This document shows positions 42,168 to 55,173 of a stretch of DNA of 64,000 nucleotides, one piece after another; the stretch's first letter is position 1, and every line of letters begins with the position of its first letter. This DNA comes from Candidatus Magasanikiibacteriota bacterium (GTDB lineage: Bacteria > Patescibacteriota > Patescibacteriia > Magasanikbacterales > UBA922), in contig JBAYJP010000002.1 in NCBI GenBank assembly GCA_041665025.1, forward strand, positions 691 through 64,690, written 5' to 3'. The notes under the pieces are model-generated. The model was not told the origin of the DNA, ran no database searches, and saw only the letters and a program-made list of their open reading frames with translations. The translations under genes and the position numbers were made by a program.

Positions 42168-42250
42168 ATTAATAGAACACGAATAAAACGAATTAAACGA
42201 ATTTCAACAAATTCGTCCTGATTCGTTAGATTAGTTAAATTCGTGTCCTA
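42168..42250. repeat. Palindromic spacer of the gaacacgaat...attcgtgttc family
   Basis: A second member with the same architecture lies at 55085-55170. Confidence 0.6.
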
Positions 42251-42258
42251 TTATATAT

Positions 42259-42798
42259 ATGATAGAAAACAAAAAAATAGGTGTTCTCTCAATCCAAGGA
42301 TCTTTTGCAGAACATGGAAAAATACTCACAAAACTCCATGTTCCTTTTATTTTTGTCAGATCAAAAGAAAAACTGCAGACAATCACCCATCTTATCATTC
42401 CTGGTGGAGAATCGACCACCCTGACAAAACTTCTTCATGAATATGATATGTGGAATATGCTTGAAGAAAAAATAAAAAGTAAATTACTCCAAGTATTTGG
42501 AACCTGTGCAGGAACGATACTCTGTGAAAAACTTGGCATGGATATTAAAGTCGATAGAAATGCATACGGCGCGCAACAACATTCATTTTCAGCAGAACTC
42601 GATTCTACTTTATTTCCCCATCTTCGCGGTGTATTTATCCGTGCGCCGAGGTTTATCTCAAATGGAGAATCTGTAAAAATACTGGTAACACACCAGCAAG
42701 AGCCTTGTCTGGCCGAGCAGGAAAATTTTTTAGCTGCAAGCTTTCATCCTGAACTTGCAGGCGAGACCAGAATTCATGAGTATTTCCTCAAAAAATAA
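42259..42798 (+). CDS. pdxT: PLP synthase glutaminase subunit PdxT
   Basis: GVLSIQG...IIPGGEST. A terminator follows at 42936-42966. Confidence 0.9.
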   Translation: MIENKKIGVLSIQGSFAEHGKILTKLHVPFIFVRSKEKLQTITHLIIPGGESTTLTKLLHEYDMWNMLEEKIKSKLLQVFGTCAGTILCEKLGMDIKVDRNAYGAQQHSFSAELDSTLFPHLRGVFIRAPRFISNGESVKILVTHQQEPCLAEQENFLAASFHPELAGETRIHEYFLKK

Positions 42799-43004
42799 CC
42801 AAATATATCCCCACTTCACAACCCTTGCGGGCTATGTGGCAACCTGATACAATAGCTTGCGGTATGCTTGAAATGAAGACCCACATTTTGCAAGGAGGAT
42901 CAACAGTTTCAACAAAGGATAAACTGTACCCAGACGCCACCAAAAAATAGGTGGCATTTTGTTTTTAATAGATAAGATATTGAAAAAAATCTTAAATACA
43001 ATCT

Positions 43005-43100
43005 AGAAAGTTAGAAGATTGAAGATTACGGCCCTACGGGCCTAAGATTAAAGGATTACGACAAACAAATCACTAATCTTCTAATCTTTCAATCTTTAAT
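43005..43100. repeat. Inverted array of AAGATT/AATCTT oligomer repeats (gttagaagattgaagattacgg ... aatcttctaatctttcaatctttaatctt)
   Basis: Same motif family as 51743-51790 and the in-frame insertions. Confidence 0.6.
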
Positions 43101-43158
43101 CTTGAGTCTTAAATCTTACGTACTAAAAAAGACTAACATTTCAAACTACTTACGCTCT

Positions 43159-44592
43159 ATGTCCCTCATCCCCCTCGCCCTCACCTACGACGACGTCCTC
43201 ATCGTCCCCCGCCGATCTACATTTGAATCGCGCAGTGAAGCACACACGCGTACCAGACTTACCAAAAAACTTAGCCTCAATATTCCTGTTGTCTCTGCAA
43301 ACATGGACACAGTCACGGGAGCTGAAATGGCAATTGCCTTGGCACGCCTTGGCGGTATTGGTATTTTGCATCGCTTCATGTCTATAGAAGACAATGCTGA
43401 GGAAGTAAAAAAAGTGAAACGTGCACAAAACCTCATTGTCCAAGATCCCTATACTATTGATCCTGAAAAAACGGTAGAAGAAGCAAAAGGATACGCAAAT
43501 TCAGTTGGCGTTACTGGATTACTCGTGGCGAATGGGGACAGAAAATTGCAGGGTATCTTATCTCGCAGAGATTTTTTATTTGCCAATGGTGATGACAAAA
43601 AAGTGAGAGACATCATGACTCCGCGCGAAAAATTGATAGTGGGTAATGCATACACAACATTTGAACAAGCAAAAAAAATATTTTCAGAATATAAAGTGGA
43701 AAAATTACCGCTTGTAGACGAAGAAAATCACGTGATTGGACTTATTACGAGTGATGATATAAAAGCAATTATTGAATACCCTCTTGCAAATCGTGACGTG
43801 GAAGGACAGCTTATAGTCGGCGCGGCAGTTGGTGTTCATGGGGACTTCGTGGAACGCGCGCAAGAAATGGTTAGTGCTGGTACTGATGTATTAGTTATTG
43901 ATATCGCGCACGGACACTCAGACAATATGTTTAAAGCCATTGAGAAATTACGCGACGCAGTTGGAGACATTCAAATTATTGCAGGAAATATTGCGACCGC
44001 CCAAGCAGCAAAAGAATTGTGCGAGGCTGGCGTGGACGCAGTAAAAGTTGGCGTAGGCCCAGGCTCAATTTGCATTACTCGTCTTGTCACTGGCTGCGGT
44101 ATGCCTCAGCTTACTGCGGTAATGGAGGTAGTAAAAATTGCACGACAATATGGCGTGCCTGTAATTGCAGATGGCGGTATTTCAAAATCAGGTGACATAG
44201 TAAAAGCCATTGGTGCAGGCGCAGACAGCGTGATGATGGGCAGTATGTTTGCAGGAACTGACGAAAGCCCAGGAGTCGTTATGACCAAAGGAGACAAAAA
44301 ATTCAAAGTATGCCGTGGCAGCGCAAGTTTCACTCAATCACATACACGTAAGAGAGTTGGACTAGAAAGCAAAAATCTAAAAGAAGTTGTGCCTGAAGGC
44401 GTTGAATCATTGGTTCCTTACAAAGGACCTGTTGCAGATATTGTCGGTCAGCTCGTTGGTGGTTTAAAATCAGGTATGAGTTATACCAATTCACACACCA
44501 TTCCTGAATTACAACATAATTGCGATTTTGTACGCATTTCAAATGCGGGATTGAGAGAGAGTGGTGCGCATGATGTACAAGCTCTTACATAG
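43159..44592 (+). CDS. guaB: IMP dehydrogenase
   Basis: The start was trimmed to [16 protein letters not shown]. Contains a CBS pair and [11 protein letters not shown]. Confidence 0.9.
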   Translation: MSLIPLALTYDDVLIVPRRSTFESRSEAHTRTRLTKKLSLNIPVVSANMDTVTGAEMAIALARLGGIGILHRFMSIEDNAEEVKKVKRAQNLIVQDPYTIDPEKTVEEAKGYANSVGVTGLLVANGDRKLQGILSRRDFLFANGDDKKVRDIMTPREKLIVGNAYTTFEQAKKIFSEYKVEKLPLVDEENHVIGLITSDDIKAIIEYPLANRDVEGQLIVGAAVGVHGDFVERAQEMVSAGTDVLVIDIAHGHSDNMFKAIEKLRDAVGDIQIIAGNIATAQAAKELCEAGVDAVKVGVGPGSICITRLVTGCGMPQLTAVMEVVKIARQYGVPVIADGGISKSGDIVKAIGAGADSVMMGSMFAGTDESPGVVMTKGDKKFKVCRGSASFTQSHTRKRVGLESKNLKEVVPEGVESLVPYKGPVADIVGQLVGGLKSGMSYTNSHTIPELQHNCDFVRISNAGLRESGAHDVQALT

Positions 44593-44714
44593 GATAGTGG
44601 GCAAGGAAACCAGAAACCAGATTATTATTTTAAAAATTTGGTATCCAAATCTATTGTCCAATATATTCCGGTTTCCTGACCCAACGCCCAAAACCCACAA
44701 CAAAAAACACATAA

Positions 44715-47380
<2,666 letters not shown>

Positions 47381-47459
47381 TATCCACATACCACATCTTG
47401 CCGTGCACATTCTGTCATGATACTATACACTCGGTATGCCAAATAGAAATATCCCATAC

Positions 47460-47548
47460 ATGACAAAAGAAAATTTCTGCTCACATCGTGAGCTATACGT
47501 TACTATTTCATTATTTCATGACCGTTACCAATCGTAACGGTCTTTTTT
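47460..47548 (+). promoter_or_regulatory. Candidate pyrBI attenuator: a 25-codon leader ORF ending inside a rho-independent terminator 10 nt upstream of pyrB
   Basis: ATG at 47460, peptide MTKENFCSHRELYVTISLFHDRYQS, stop TAA at 47535-37. The stop lies in the 3' arm of the hairpin gaccgttac-caatc-gtaacggtc (47520-47542), which is followed by TTTTTT. Confidence 0.45.
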
Positions 47549-47558
47549 ATAAAAATCT

Positions 47559-48479
47559 ATGGACTCATTTGCCGGAAAAGATATCATTTCCATAAACCAG
47601 CTCACCAAAGATGGCATCATGCATATTTTGAAGCATGCTCGTCTGCTCAAACAGACTCCAAACAAAGAACTTTTGAAAGGTCATGTCATGGCAAGCTGTT
47701 TTTTTGAACCTTCCACTCGAACAAGACTTTCGTTTGAAACTGCCATGGAAAGACTGGGCGGCCAAGTCATGGGATTTGCAGATGCCGGGGTCACTTCTGC
47801 AAAGAAAAAAGAAAGTTTGTATGATTCTATGAAAATTATAGGACAATATGCAGACGTCATCGCTATGAGGCATCCTTTGGAAGGTGCAGCACGAAGAGCG
47901 TCAGAGGCAACGGACAAACCCATCCTCAATGGCGGAGACGGTGCAAATCAGCACCCAACACAAACACTTCTCGATCTATTTTCCATACTTGAAACTCAGG
48001 GTACCCTTGAAAATCTCCATATTGCCATGGTCGGAGATCTAAAATATGGTCGTACCGTCCATTCACTCGCGCAAGCCTTAAAACACTTTGGCGCACGCCT
48101 CTACTTCGTGGCTCCAGAATCACTCAAAATGCCCAGTTACATTGCGAGAGAGCTTGAGACAAGCGGGATTGTGGTTACTGAACATGAGCGCATTGAGGAA
48201 ATAATCAATGCCGTAGATATACTGTACATGACACGCATCCAGGCAGAGCGGTTTGCAGACCAAATGGAATATGAAAAGATAAAAAATGTATATGTACTCA
48301 CTGCAGATATGCTGGAAAATGCAAAATCAAATCTCCGTGTCATGCATCCCCTGCCTCGTGTAAATGAAATCCATGTGAATGTAGACGAAACACCTCATGC
48401 ATATTATTTTGAACAAGCAGAAAATGGTCTATATGTACGGCAAGCATTGCTTGGGCTTGTGTTAGGTAAACTCACTTAG
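47559..48479 (+). CDS. pyrB: Aspartate carbamoyltransferase catalytic subunit
   Basis: Motifs STRTR, HPTQ and HPLP. Confidence 0.95.
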   Translation: MDSFAGKDIISINQLTKDGIMHILKHARLLKQTPNKELLKGHVMASCFFEPSTRTRLSFETAMERLGGQVMGFADAGVTSAKKKESLYDSMKIIGQYADVIAMRHPLEGAARRASEATDKPILNGGDGANQHPTQTLLDLFSILETQGTLENLHIAMVGDLKYGRTVHSLAQALKHFGARLYFVAPESLKMPSYIARELETSGIVVTEHERIEEIINAVDILYMTRIQAERFADQMEYEKIKNVYVLTADMLENAKSNLRVMHPLPRVNEIHVNVDETPHAYYFEQAENGLYVRQALLGLVLGKLT

Positions 48480-48647
48480 CCAACAGTTCAAAGCCAATAG
48501 CCCATAAAAACAATTTATTCAACATGTAATCAAATTGATTCGTATTACATAATATTTTATTAACAAAAGCCGTTAGGACACCCATAATTTCCTGATAAAC
48601 TTTATCAAAAACTATTGGTTGTGAACTATTGGCTGTGAACTAACTAT

Positions 48648-49124
48648 ATGGACCGACAAAAAGACATCCGCGCTTTCAAAGTATTTACTATTGAAAATGG
48701 AACAGTTATTGATCATATTGATGCAGGCCAAGCCATTCGTATTATTCAAGTTTTAAATCTCCCTGCGGGACAAAAGATTGTGACTGCCGGGCTCAACTTT
48801 CCCAGCAGCAAAATGGGGTTCAAAGATATTATCAAAGTAGAACACAGAGAACTAACTCAGGAAGAAGCAAACAAAGTTGCTATTTTTGCCCCTCATGCAA
48901 CAATAAATATTATTCAGAATTTTGAAATAACCAAAAAATTTAAAATTACCATCCCCCCGGTCATTCAATCTCTCGTCGTCTGCCCTAATCCCAAATGCAT
49001 TACCAATAATGAACCAATGGAAAGTATATTTTATGTGAAAGAAAATGATACGGGTTTAGAATTCCATTGTAAATATTGTGAAAAAGTGTTCGGAAGAGAT
49101 GATGTACGGGAATATAAACAATAG
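48648..49124 (+). CDS. pyrI: Aspartate carbamoyltransferase regulatory subunit
   Basis: Four-Cys zinc domain (CPNPKC...CKYC). Confidence 0.9.
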   Translation: MDRQKDIRAFKVFTIENGTVIDHIDAGQAIRIIQVLNLPAGQKIVTAGLNFPSSKMGFKDIIKVEHRELTQEEANKVAIFAPHATINIIQNFEITKKFKITIPPVIQSLVVCPNPKCITNNEPMESIFYVKENDTGLEFHCKYCEKVFGRDDVREYKQ

Positions 49125-49209
49125 TATTTAGACCATAGGTAATGGGCAAGGAAGCCAGACAACAACGTCATCTCCGGTATCTTAACCCGACGCCTAATAT
49201 CTTCTACTG

Positions 49210-50400
49210 ATGTTAATCAAGACCTATAATAACCAAAATATTAAACTAAACCTCGATTACACCAGAGGTAATTTATTTGCACTCCCGGCTCTCATTGACC
49301 CTCATGTTCATTTTAGAACTCCGGGTGCTGAGCATAAAGAAAATTGGATTACCGGAGCACAGGCTGCGCTGGCTGGCGGGGTGACAACGGTGTTTGATAT
49401 GCCGAACAACACACCGAGCACAATAAGTACTTCAGCACTTCAGCACAAAATAAACTTGATTGACTACCAACTAAAAGAAGCTGGCATTCTGTTACGGTAT
49501 AAACTATGGTTTGGAGCAACGCCGAATAACCTTGGCGAGATTGAAAAACTTCAGGAATATAAAGATCAGATCTGTGGTATAAAAATATTTATGGGATCAA
49601 GTACAGGAAATCTGCTCGTGAATAAAAAAGAAGATCAAGCAAAAATTTTTGAACAGGCTGCACGTCTTGATCTGGTGGTAGCGGTACATGCGGAGAGTGA
49701 GTCTAAAATCCAAGACTCAAGATCGAAGATTAGTAATCCAAAGATTCAAGACCATTCTATAGTTCGTTCTCGTGAAGCAGCTGCTGAGGCCACAAACCAA
49801 GCGATTGAACTAGCCAAACAATTTGGAACCAAGTTATACATACTACATGTAAGTACAAAAGAAGAAATTGAAATTATAAGCCAAGCAAAACGGCAAGGTA
49901 TACAGATGTATGCAGAAGTCACGCCACATCATTTATTTTTAGACGAATCCGCGTATGATAAACTGGGAACCAAAGCACAGATGAATCCTCCGCTCCGGAC
50001 TACAGAGGATCGTAAGGCTTTATGGCAAGCTATTGATGATGGAACAATTGATACTATAGGGACTGACCACGCTCCACATACGCTTGAGGAAAAAGCTTTA
50101 ACGTATCCAAACTCGCCCTCTGGCGTACCAGGAATTGAAACTTCGCTTCCCCTGTTGCTTGATGCCCACAATAAAGGTAAAATAAGCTTAGAAAAAATAG
50201 TTCAACTAACCAGAAAAAATATTGAAAAAATATTTAAACTTGAACCAAATAACGACTGGGTCATCGTCGACTTGAATATGGAAAAAGAGGTGCGAGATGA
50301 AGATCTAAAAACAAAATGTGGGTGGAGCCCGTTTGAAGGGTGGGAGTTGAAAGGATGGCCGGTCGCGGTTATTTTACAAGGAAAGCTATTTCACATATAA
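49210..50400 (+). CDS. pyrC: Dihydroorotase, carrying an in-frame KIQDSR repeat insertion
   Basis: DPHVHFR...GGVTTVFDMPN. Confidence 0.9.
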   Translation: MLIKTYNNQNIKLNLDYTRGNLFALPALIDPHVHFRTPGAEHKENWITGAQAALAGGVTTVFDMPNNTPSTISTSALQHKINLIDYQLKEAGILLRYKLWFGATPNNLGEIEKLQEYKDQICGIKIFMGSSTGNLLVNKKEDQAKIFEQAARLDLVVAVHAESESKIQDSRSKISNPKIQDHSIVRSREAAAEATNQAIELAKQFGTKLYILHVSTKEEIEIISQAKRQGIQMYAEVTPHHLFLDESAYDKLGTKAQMNPPLRTTEDRKALWQAIDDGTIDTIGTDHAPHTLEEKALTYPNSPSGVPGIETSLPLLLDAHNKGKISLEKIVQLTRKNIEKIFKLEPNNDWVIVDLNMEKEVRDEDLKTKCGWSPFEGWELKGWPVAVILQGKLFHI

Positions 50401-50428
50401 TAAAGGCGCTATCCTAATCCATACAGAT

Positions 50429-50782
50429 ATGTTTACCAAACGGTATCACTATATATTTGACATAGACCATTGCCATGAAAAAAATATTAGAAATAGAAAA
50501 CTGATTCCTAAATTTTTACGTGAAACAGTGACTACCATAGGCATGAAAATACTTATGGGGCCATATATTAGGCAAGGCGTCCCTGAAAATCCGGGAATAA
50601 CCGGCATCGCAGTATTGGATTTTTCTCATATGTCGGTGCATACATTTACCAAAACAAACGAAGTTCTCATAGACGTATTCTCGTGCAAACCATATGAAAA
50701 AAAGATGGTACGAGATATTTGTATAAAATATTTCGGCACTCCAAAATCAAAGGTTCGCGAGAAAAAAGTGTGGTGGGGCTAA
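50429..50782 (+). CDS. Pyruvoyl-dependent decarboxylase of the SpeH/AdoMetDC class 1b family
   Basis: GITGIAVLDFSHMSVHTF aligns with the SpeH self-cleavage region (ESHxxxHTWPE). Confidence 0.6.
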   Translation: MFTKRYHYIFDIDHCHEKNIRNRKLIPKFLRETVTTIGMKILMGPYIRQGVPENPGITGIAVLDFSHMSVHTFTKTNEVLIDVFSCKPYEKKMVRDICIKYFGTPKSKVREKKVWWG

Positions 50783-50812
50783 CACCTCATTTTTTTATTT
50801 TTTAAAAATTAT

Positions 50813-51742
50813 ATGAAAGCAAAAAACATTGTAGAGGTCACTGATTTTACGCAAAACGAATGGAAAAAATTGATTGACGAAGCTATAAAATTCAAAGAAA
50901 ATAAGTTACGAAAACCACGCGCGCTTGATAAAAAAAGAGTTGGTCTTTTATTTGACAGTAATTCTCTGCGTACTCGAATATCGTTTGAAACTGCGGTTTA
51001 TCTGCTTGGTGGAGACAGCTACTTCATTAATATTCACAATCTAACGCATGAACAAGACGGCACCAGACGGGAATCATTTGAAGATATCATTGATACTGCA
51101 GATCGGATGCTTGATGCCTATGTACTCCGCGACTATTCGCAAAAAATGCTAGAGGTGTTCAAACGAAAAAATAATCCCCCGTTTATCAATGGTTTTTGCC
51201 AAATCGGCCACCCGAGCCAAGCTCTCGCTGACATGAGCGCTATCAAATGGCATAAAAAAAATCTACAAGGACTCAACTACGTAGGAGTCGTTCCAAGCCA
51301 GGGCAGCGGAGTCATGGAATCTTTTGTATACGCCGTATTACTTTTAGGAGAACATATCACGCTTATTACAGAGACAGGAAAATTCAAAGGAAAAAATCAG
51401 GATTTTCATGAACAAGTAAAAAAACTGACAAATAAGTTCAAGGGATCCTTAACTATAACAAAAAATATTGAACATACTATACAAAATGCTGATGTACTCT
51501 ATGCAGATGAATGGTGGAAGAATACAAAAAACTATCTAAAACGAAATATAGGAAAATATAGGGTTGATGATGCATTTTTGAAAGGTAGCAAGAAAGACTT
51601 ATCCATATTGCATTGTCTGCCAGCGCATCCTGGACGTGAAATCACCGAAGAAGTCATGGACAGCCCTCAATCCATTATTTTTGATGAAGCCGAATTTAGA
51701 GTATATTCTGCCATGGCGTTGCTATCATATTTGGCTGAATAA
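50813..51742 (+). CDS. Ornithine-carbamoyltransferase-family protein, paralog 1
   Basis: SLRTR, HPSQALAD and HCLP motifs. Confidence 0.75.
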   Translation: MKAKNIVEVTDFTQNEWKKLIDEAIKFKENKLRKPRALDKKRVGLLFDSNSLRTRISFETAVYLLGGDSYFINIHNLTHEQDGTRRESFEDIIDTADRMLDAYVLRDYSQKMLEVFKRKNNPPFINGFCQIGHPSQALADMSAIKWHKKNLQGLNYVGVVPSQGSGVMESFVYAVLLLGEHITLITETGKFKGKNQDFHEQVKKLTNKFKGSLTITKNIEHTIQNADVLYADEWWKNTKNYLKRNIGKYRVDDAFLKGSKKDLSILHCLPAHPGREITEEVMDSPQSIIFDEAEFRVYSAMALLSYLAE

Positions 51743-51790
51743 ACCTACACAAAAATTACTAATCTTTAATCTTCAATCTTGAATCTATGC
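51743..51790. repeat. AATCTT-family repeat; its reverse complement is agattcaagattgaagattaaagattag
   Basis: Its reverse complement equals the in-frame element found in prmC. Confidence 0.6.
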
Positions 51791-52740
51791 GCCACCTCAT
51801 CTCTCTCAAAGAACAATCCCGCGAAGATTTGTTAACTATTTTAAATCTCGCACAAAAACTGAAAGCAAAACGAAGCGCAGGTGAAATTACCAATTACCTT
51901 CTGAACAAAACACTCATCATGTTATTCCAAAAATCTTCAACCCGCACTCGGTTGTCATTTGAGGCTGGGATGACAGAGCTTGGCGGCCATGGTATTTTTC
52001 TTGATTCACGTACATCCCAATTTTCTCTCACCGATTATACAGATGAGATAAAAGCTGTCATGCGGTATGGTTCTGTCCTTATGTTTCGTGCCATGAAAGT
52101 ACAGGATGTAATAACCGCAGCGTCACTCAATAAAATTCCAGTCATTGACGCATGTAGTGAAAAATATCATCCATGTCAGGCACTCGGGGATATCTTGACG
52201 ATGATCGAACACTCAAATGGTCTTGAAAATATCAAAAAAATAACCTGGCTTGGAATTGAAAATAACGTTTCAAATACACTTAAATTGGCTTGTGCCAAAT
52301 TGGGTATTGCCGTTGCGATTGCCGCACCAGAAGCAAATCCTCCTAGTATTGACGAGGAATTGAACACAATGGCTGACGCAACTGGGCTCGTAAAAAAGAC
52401 GTTGGATCTGTCAGAGGCTATGCAAGGAACAAACTATGTACATACCGACACCTGGATTGATATGGAATTTTTCAAAGACGGCAAAGTGCTCCCTGAATTC
52501 CAGGCAGAATATGATCGCCGCGTACAGACATTCAAACCATACCAACTTAACGCGAACCTGGTAAATACCTACGCGCCAAAAGCTGGCATTATGCACTGTA
52601 TGCCGTGCCATATTGGCTATGAAATCACCCGCGACGCCGTAGATCATCCAAATTCAATAATCTTTGACCAAGCGGAAAATAGAATGCACATACAGAAGGC
52701 GATAATACTCTGGTTGTTGGAAATGGAAAATAAATTATAA
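51787..52740 (+). CDS. Ornithine-carbamoyltransferase-family protein, paralog 2
   Basis: STRTR, HPCQALGD and HCMP motifs. Confidence 0.75.
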   Translation: MRHLISLKEQSREDLLTILNLAQKLKAKRSAGEITNYLLNKTLIMLFQKSSTRTRLSFEAGMTELGGHGIFLDSRTSQFSLTDYTDEIKAVMRYGSVLMFRAMKVQDVITAASLNKIPVIDACSEKYHPCQALGDILTMIEHSNGLENIKKITWLGIENNVSNTLKLACAKLGIAVAIAAPEANPPSIDEELNTMADATGLVKKTLDLSEAMQGTNYVHTDTWIDMEFFKDGKVLPEFQAEYDRRVQTFKPYQLNANLVNTYAPKAGIMHCMPCHIGYEITRDAVDHPNSIIFDQAENRMHIQKAIILWLLEMENKL

Positions 52741-52852
52741 GAAACAAGAAACAAATAAAATTCCAAACTCCAAAACATAAATTGATTATTATAATTTGGA
52801 TCTTTATTTGGAAATTGTATCTTGTGTCTTAATTCTGTGTTGATTAAATACT

Positions 52853-54172
52853 ATGCCTCTCTACGGACCAGAAACACAAAAAGCTATAACAAACTTTCCT
52901 ATTACCGGAATTACTTTTTCACGCGATATAGCTCACGATATTGCGCTTATAAAAAAATGTTGTGCAAGAGCCCACAAAAAACTCGGCACTCTCGAAGCAA
53001 ATATCGCCGATGCAATTATACAGGCATCACAAGAATTAATTGACGGGACGTATGACGACCAAATCATGGTAGACCAAATTCAGGGTGGTGCAGGCACCTC
53101 CATGAACATGAACGTAAATGAGATTATTGCGACGCGTGCTTCGGCTTTGTGTGGAGTACCAGTGCATTCGCTCGACCATGTAAATAAATCCCAATCAACT
53201 AACGACGTTGTCCCCACTGCATTCAAAATTACGCTTCTCAAACAACTAGACAAGCTTACTACGGTGTACCAACATTATTATGAAAAGGCAAAACACAAAA
53301 GCAAAGAATTTGAACATATTCTCAAAGTCGGACGAACACATCTGCAAGACGCAGTGCCCATAACTTTGGGCCAAGAATTTGGCGCACATGCTATAGCTAT
53401 TGCCCATGATATCGGACGGCTTAAGCATACACAACATGCACTGTATGAAATCAATGTCGGCGGCACGGCTATCGGCACAGGATTAAATGCTTCGAGACGA
53501 TTCACTGATTGTGTTGTCGATTTTCTACAAAAGGAAACTGACTATCCACTCACCTTGTCACCTGACCTTATATACAACACTCAATATTGGGATAGTATTA
53601 TGGAAGTAAGTGCGACGCTAACCGTACTTGCGACAAACATCATTAAATTCATGAACGACCTAAGATTGCTTGCCTCAGGACCACATGCGGGCATCGCAGA
53701 AATTTCATTTGCCGAAGCACAAAAAGGCTCATCCATCATGCCCGGTAAAGTAAACCCAGTCATGGCAGAAATGATGACACAGATTGCATTCCAAGTTCTA
53801 GGCAATCACGAGACAGTTCGCATGGCTGTACAAGCAGGACAATTGGAACTCAATGTGATGGGACCAATTATTATAAAAAATTTACTTGAGTCATTACATA
53901 TTATCACCACCGGCACGGTACAATTCACCACACAGGGCCTTTCACTCATTACAGCAAATGAAAGACGATGTGCTGAACTTCTTGAACATAGTTTTGCGCT
54001 TGCAACAGTGCTCTGTCCTATTATTGGATATGATAAAACAACTGAACTGGTAAATGAAGCTCAAAGACAACATAAAACTCTCAAACAAATAGCGCAAGAA
54101 AAAGGAATTATAAATGATGAAGAATATAATAATTTGCTTAATGATCCAAACTTAACCCAGATCAGACCTTAG
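52853..54172 (+). CDS. Class II fumarase / aspartate ammonia-lyase family enzyme
   Basis: The GSSIMPGKVNPV signature. Confidence 0.8.
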   Translation: MPLYGPETQKAITNFPITGITFSRDIAHDIALIKKCCARAHKKLGTLEANIADAIIQASQELIDGTYDDQIMVDQIQGGAGTSMNMNVNEIIATRASALCGVPVHSLDHVNKSQSTNDVVPTAFKITLLKQLDKLTTVYQHYYEKAKHKSKEFEHILKVGRTHLQDAVPITLGQEFGAHAIAIAHDIGRLKHTQHALYEINVGGTAIGTGLNASRRFTDCVVDFLQKETDYPLTLSPDLIYNTQYWDSIMEVSATLTVLATNIIKFMNDLRLLASGPHAGIAEISFAEAQKGSSIMPGKVNPVMAEMMTQIAFQVLGNHETVRMAVQAGQLELNVMGPIIIKNLLESLHIITTGTVQFTTQGLSLITANERRCAELLEHSFALATVLCPIIGYDKTTELVNEAQRQHKTLKQIAQEKGIINDEEYNNLLNDPNLTQIRP

Positions 54173-54174
54173 GT

Positions 54175-55083
54175 ATGTTGAAAACAAATTTCCTTAATAC
54201 AGTATTTGATAATCCCCTTGTCCTCGCCTCGGGTATTCGTGGCGTCACAGCCGCGAGCATGGCGCGCATGGTAAAAGAAAATGGCGCGGGTGGAGTGACG
54301 GTAAAATCTATTTCACTTGAGCCAAGAACTGGACACCCAAACCCAACCATGGCTCCATTTAAACATTATTTTATCAATGCAGTAGGGTTATCCAATCCAG
54401 GTATTGCGGAAGGTTTGAAAGAATTAAAAAAGTTTAAAGAATTATGTGATGCCCCACTCATTGGTAGTATTTTTGCAGGCACGCCCGATGAATTTGCACA
54501 GGTTGCCGAAAAAATAAGCGAAGCGCCAATAGATTTTCTTGAGATAGACATCTCATGCCCCAATGTAAGTAAAGAATTTGGTGACCCATTTGCCTATTCT
54601 ATTCCGGCCGTTGAACTCATCACCAAAAAAGTAAAAGAAAAGACGAAAGTTCCTATTTCAATCAAACTATCACCTAATGCATGGAATATTGACACAATAG
54701 CAAAAGCAGCAGAAAACGCTGGGGCCGATGCAATTACAGCCGTAAACACCGTAAGTGGCATGGCAATAGATGTACACGCAAAACGGCCCATACTTCATAA
54801 CAAGCAGGGTGGGGTTTCCGGCCCAGCACTCTTTCCTATTGCACTCAAATGCGTGTATGACATTTACAAAGCAGTAAAAATCCCGATTATTGGTACAGGC
54901 GGTGTGACAACAGGTGAAGATGCACTCGCGATGATTATGGCAGGTGCGACTTTGGTAGGTGTTGGGTCAGCAGTATATTTTAGAGGCGAAGATTGTTTTA
55001 AAAAGATTACCAGTGAGATGGAAGAGATAATGCGAGAAGAAAACATAAATTCTTTAGAGGAAATTAGAGGATGTGTACATTAG
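54175..55083 (+). CDS. pyrD: Dihydroorotate dehydrogenase (class 1B) catalytic subunit
   Basis: Typical PyrD 1B sequence. Confidence 0.9.
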   Translation: MLKTNFLNTVFDNPLVLASGIRGVTAASMARMVKENGAGGVTVKSISLEPRTGHPNPTMAPFKHYFINAVGLSNPGIAEGLKELKKFKELCDAPLIGSIFAGTPDEFAQVAEKISEAPIDFLEIDISCPNVSKEFGDPFAYSIPAVELITKKVKEKTKVPISIKLSPNAWNIDTIAKAAENAGADAITAVNTVSGMAIDVHAKRPILHNKQGGVSGPALFPIALKCVYDIYKAVKIPIIGTGGVTTGEDALAMIMAGATLVGVGSAVYFRGEDCFKKITSEMEEIMREENINSLEEIRGCVH

Positions 55084-55173
55084 TAAATAGAACACTAATT
55101 TAACGAATGAAACGAATAAAAACAAATTTGTTGAAATTCGTTGAATTAGTTCAATTCGTGTTCCATTAAACTT

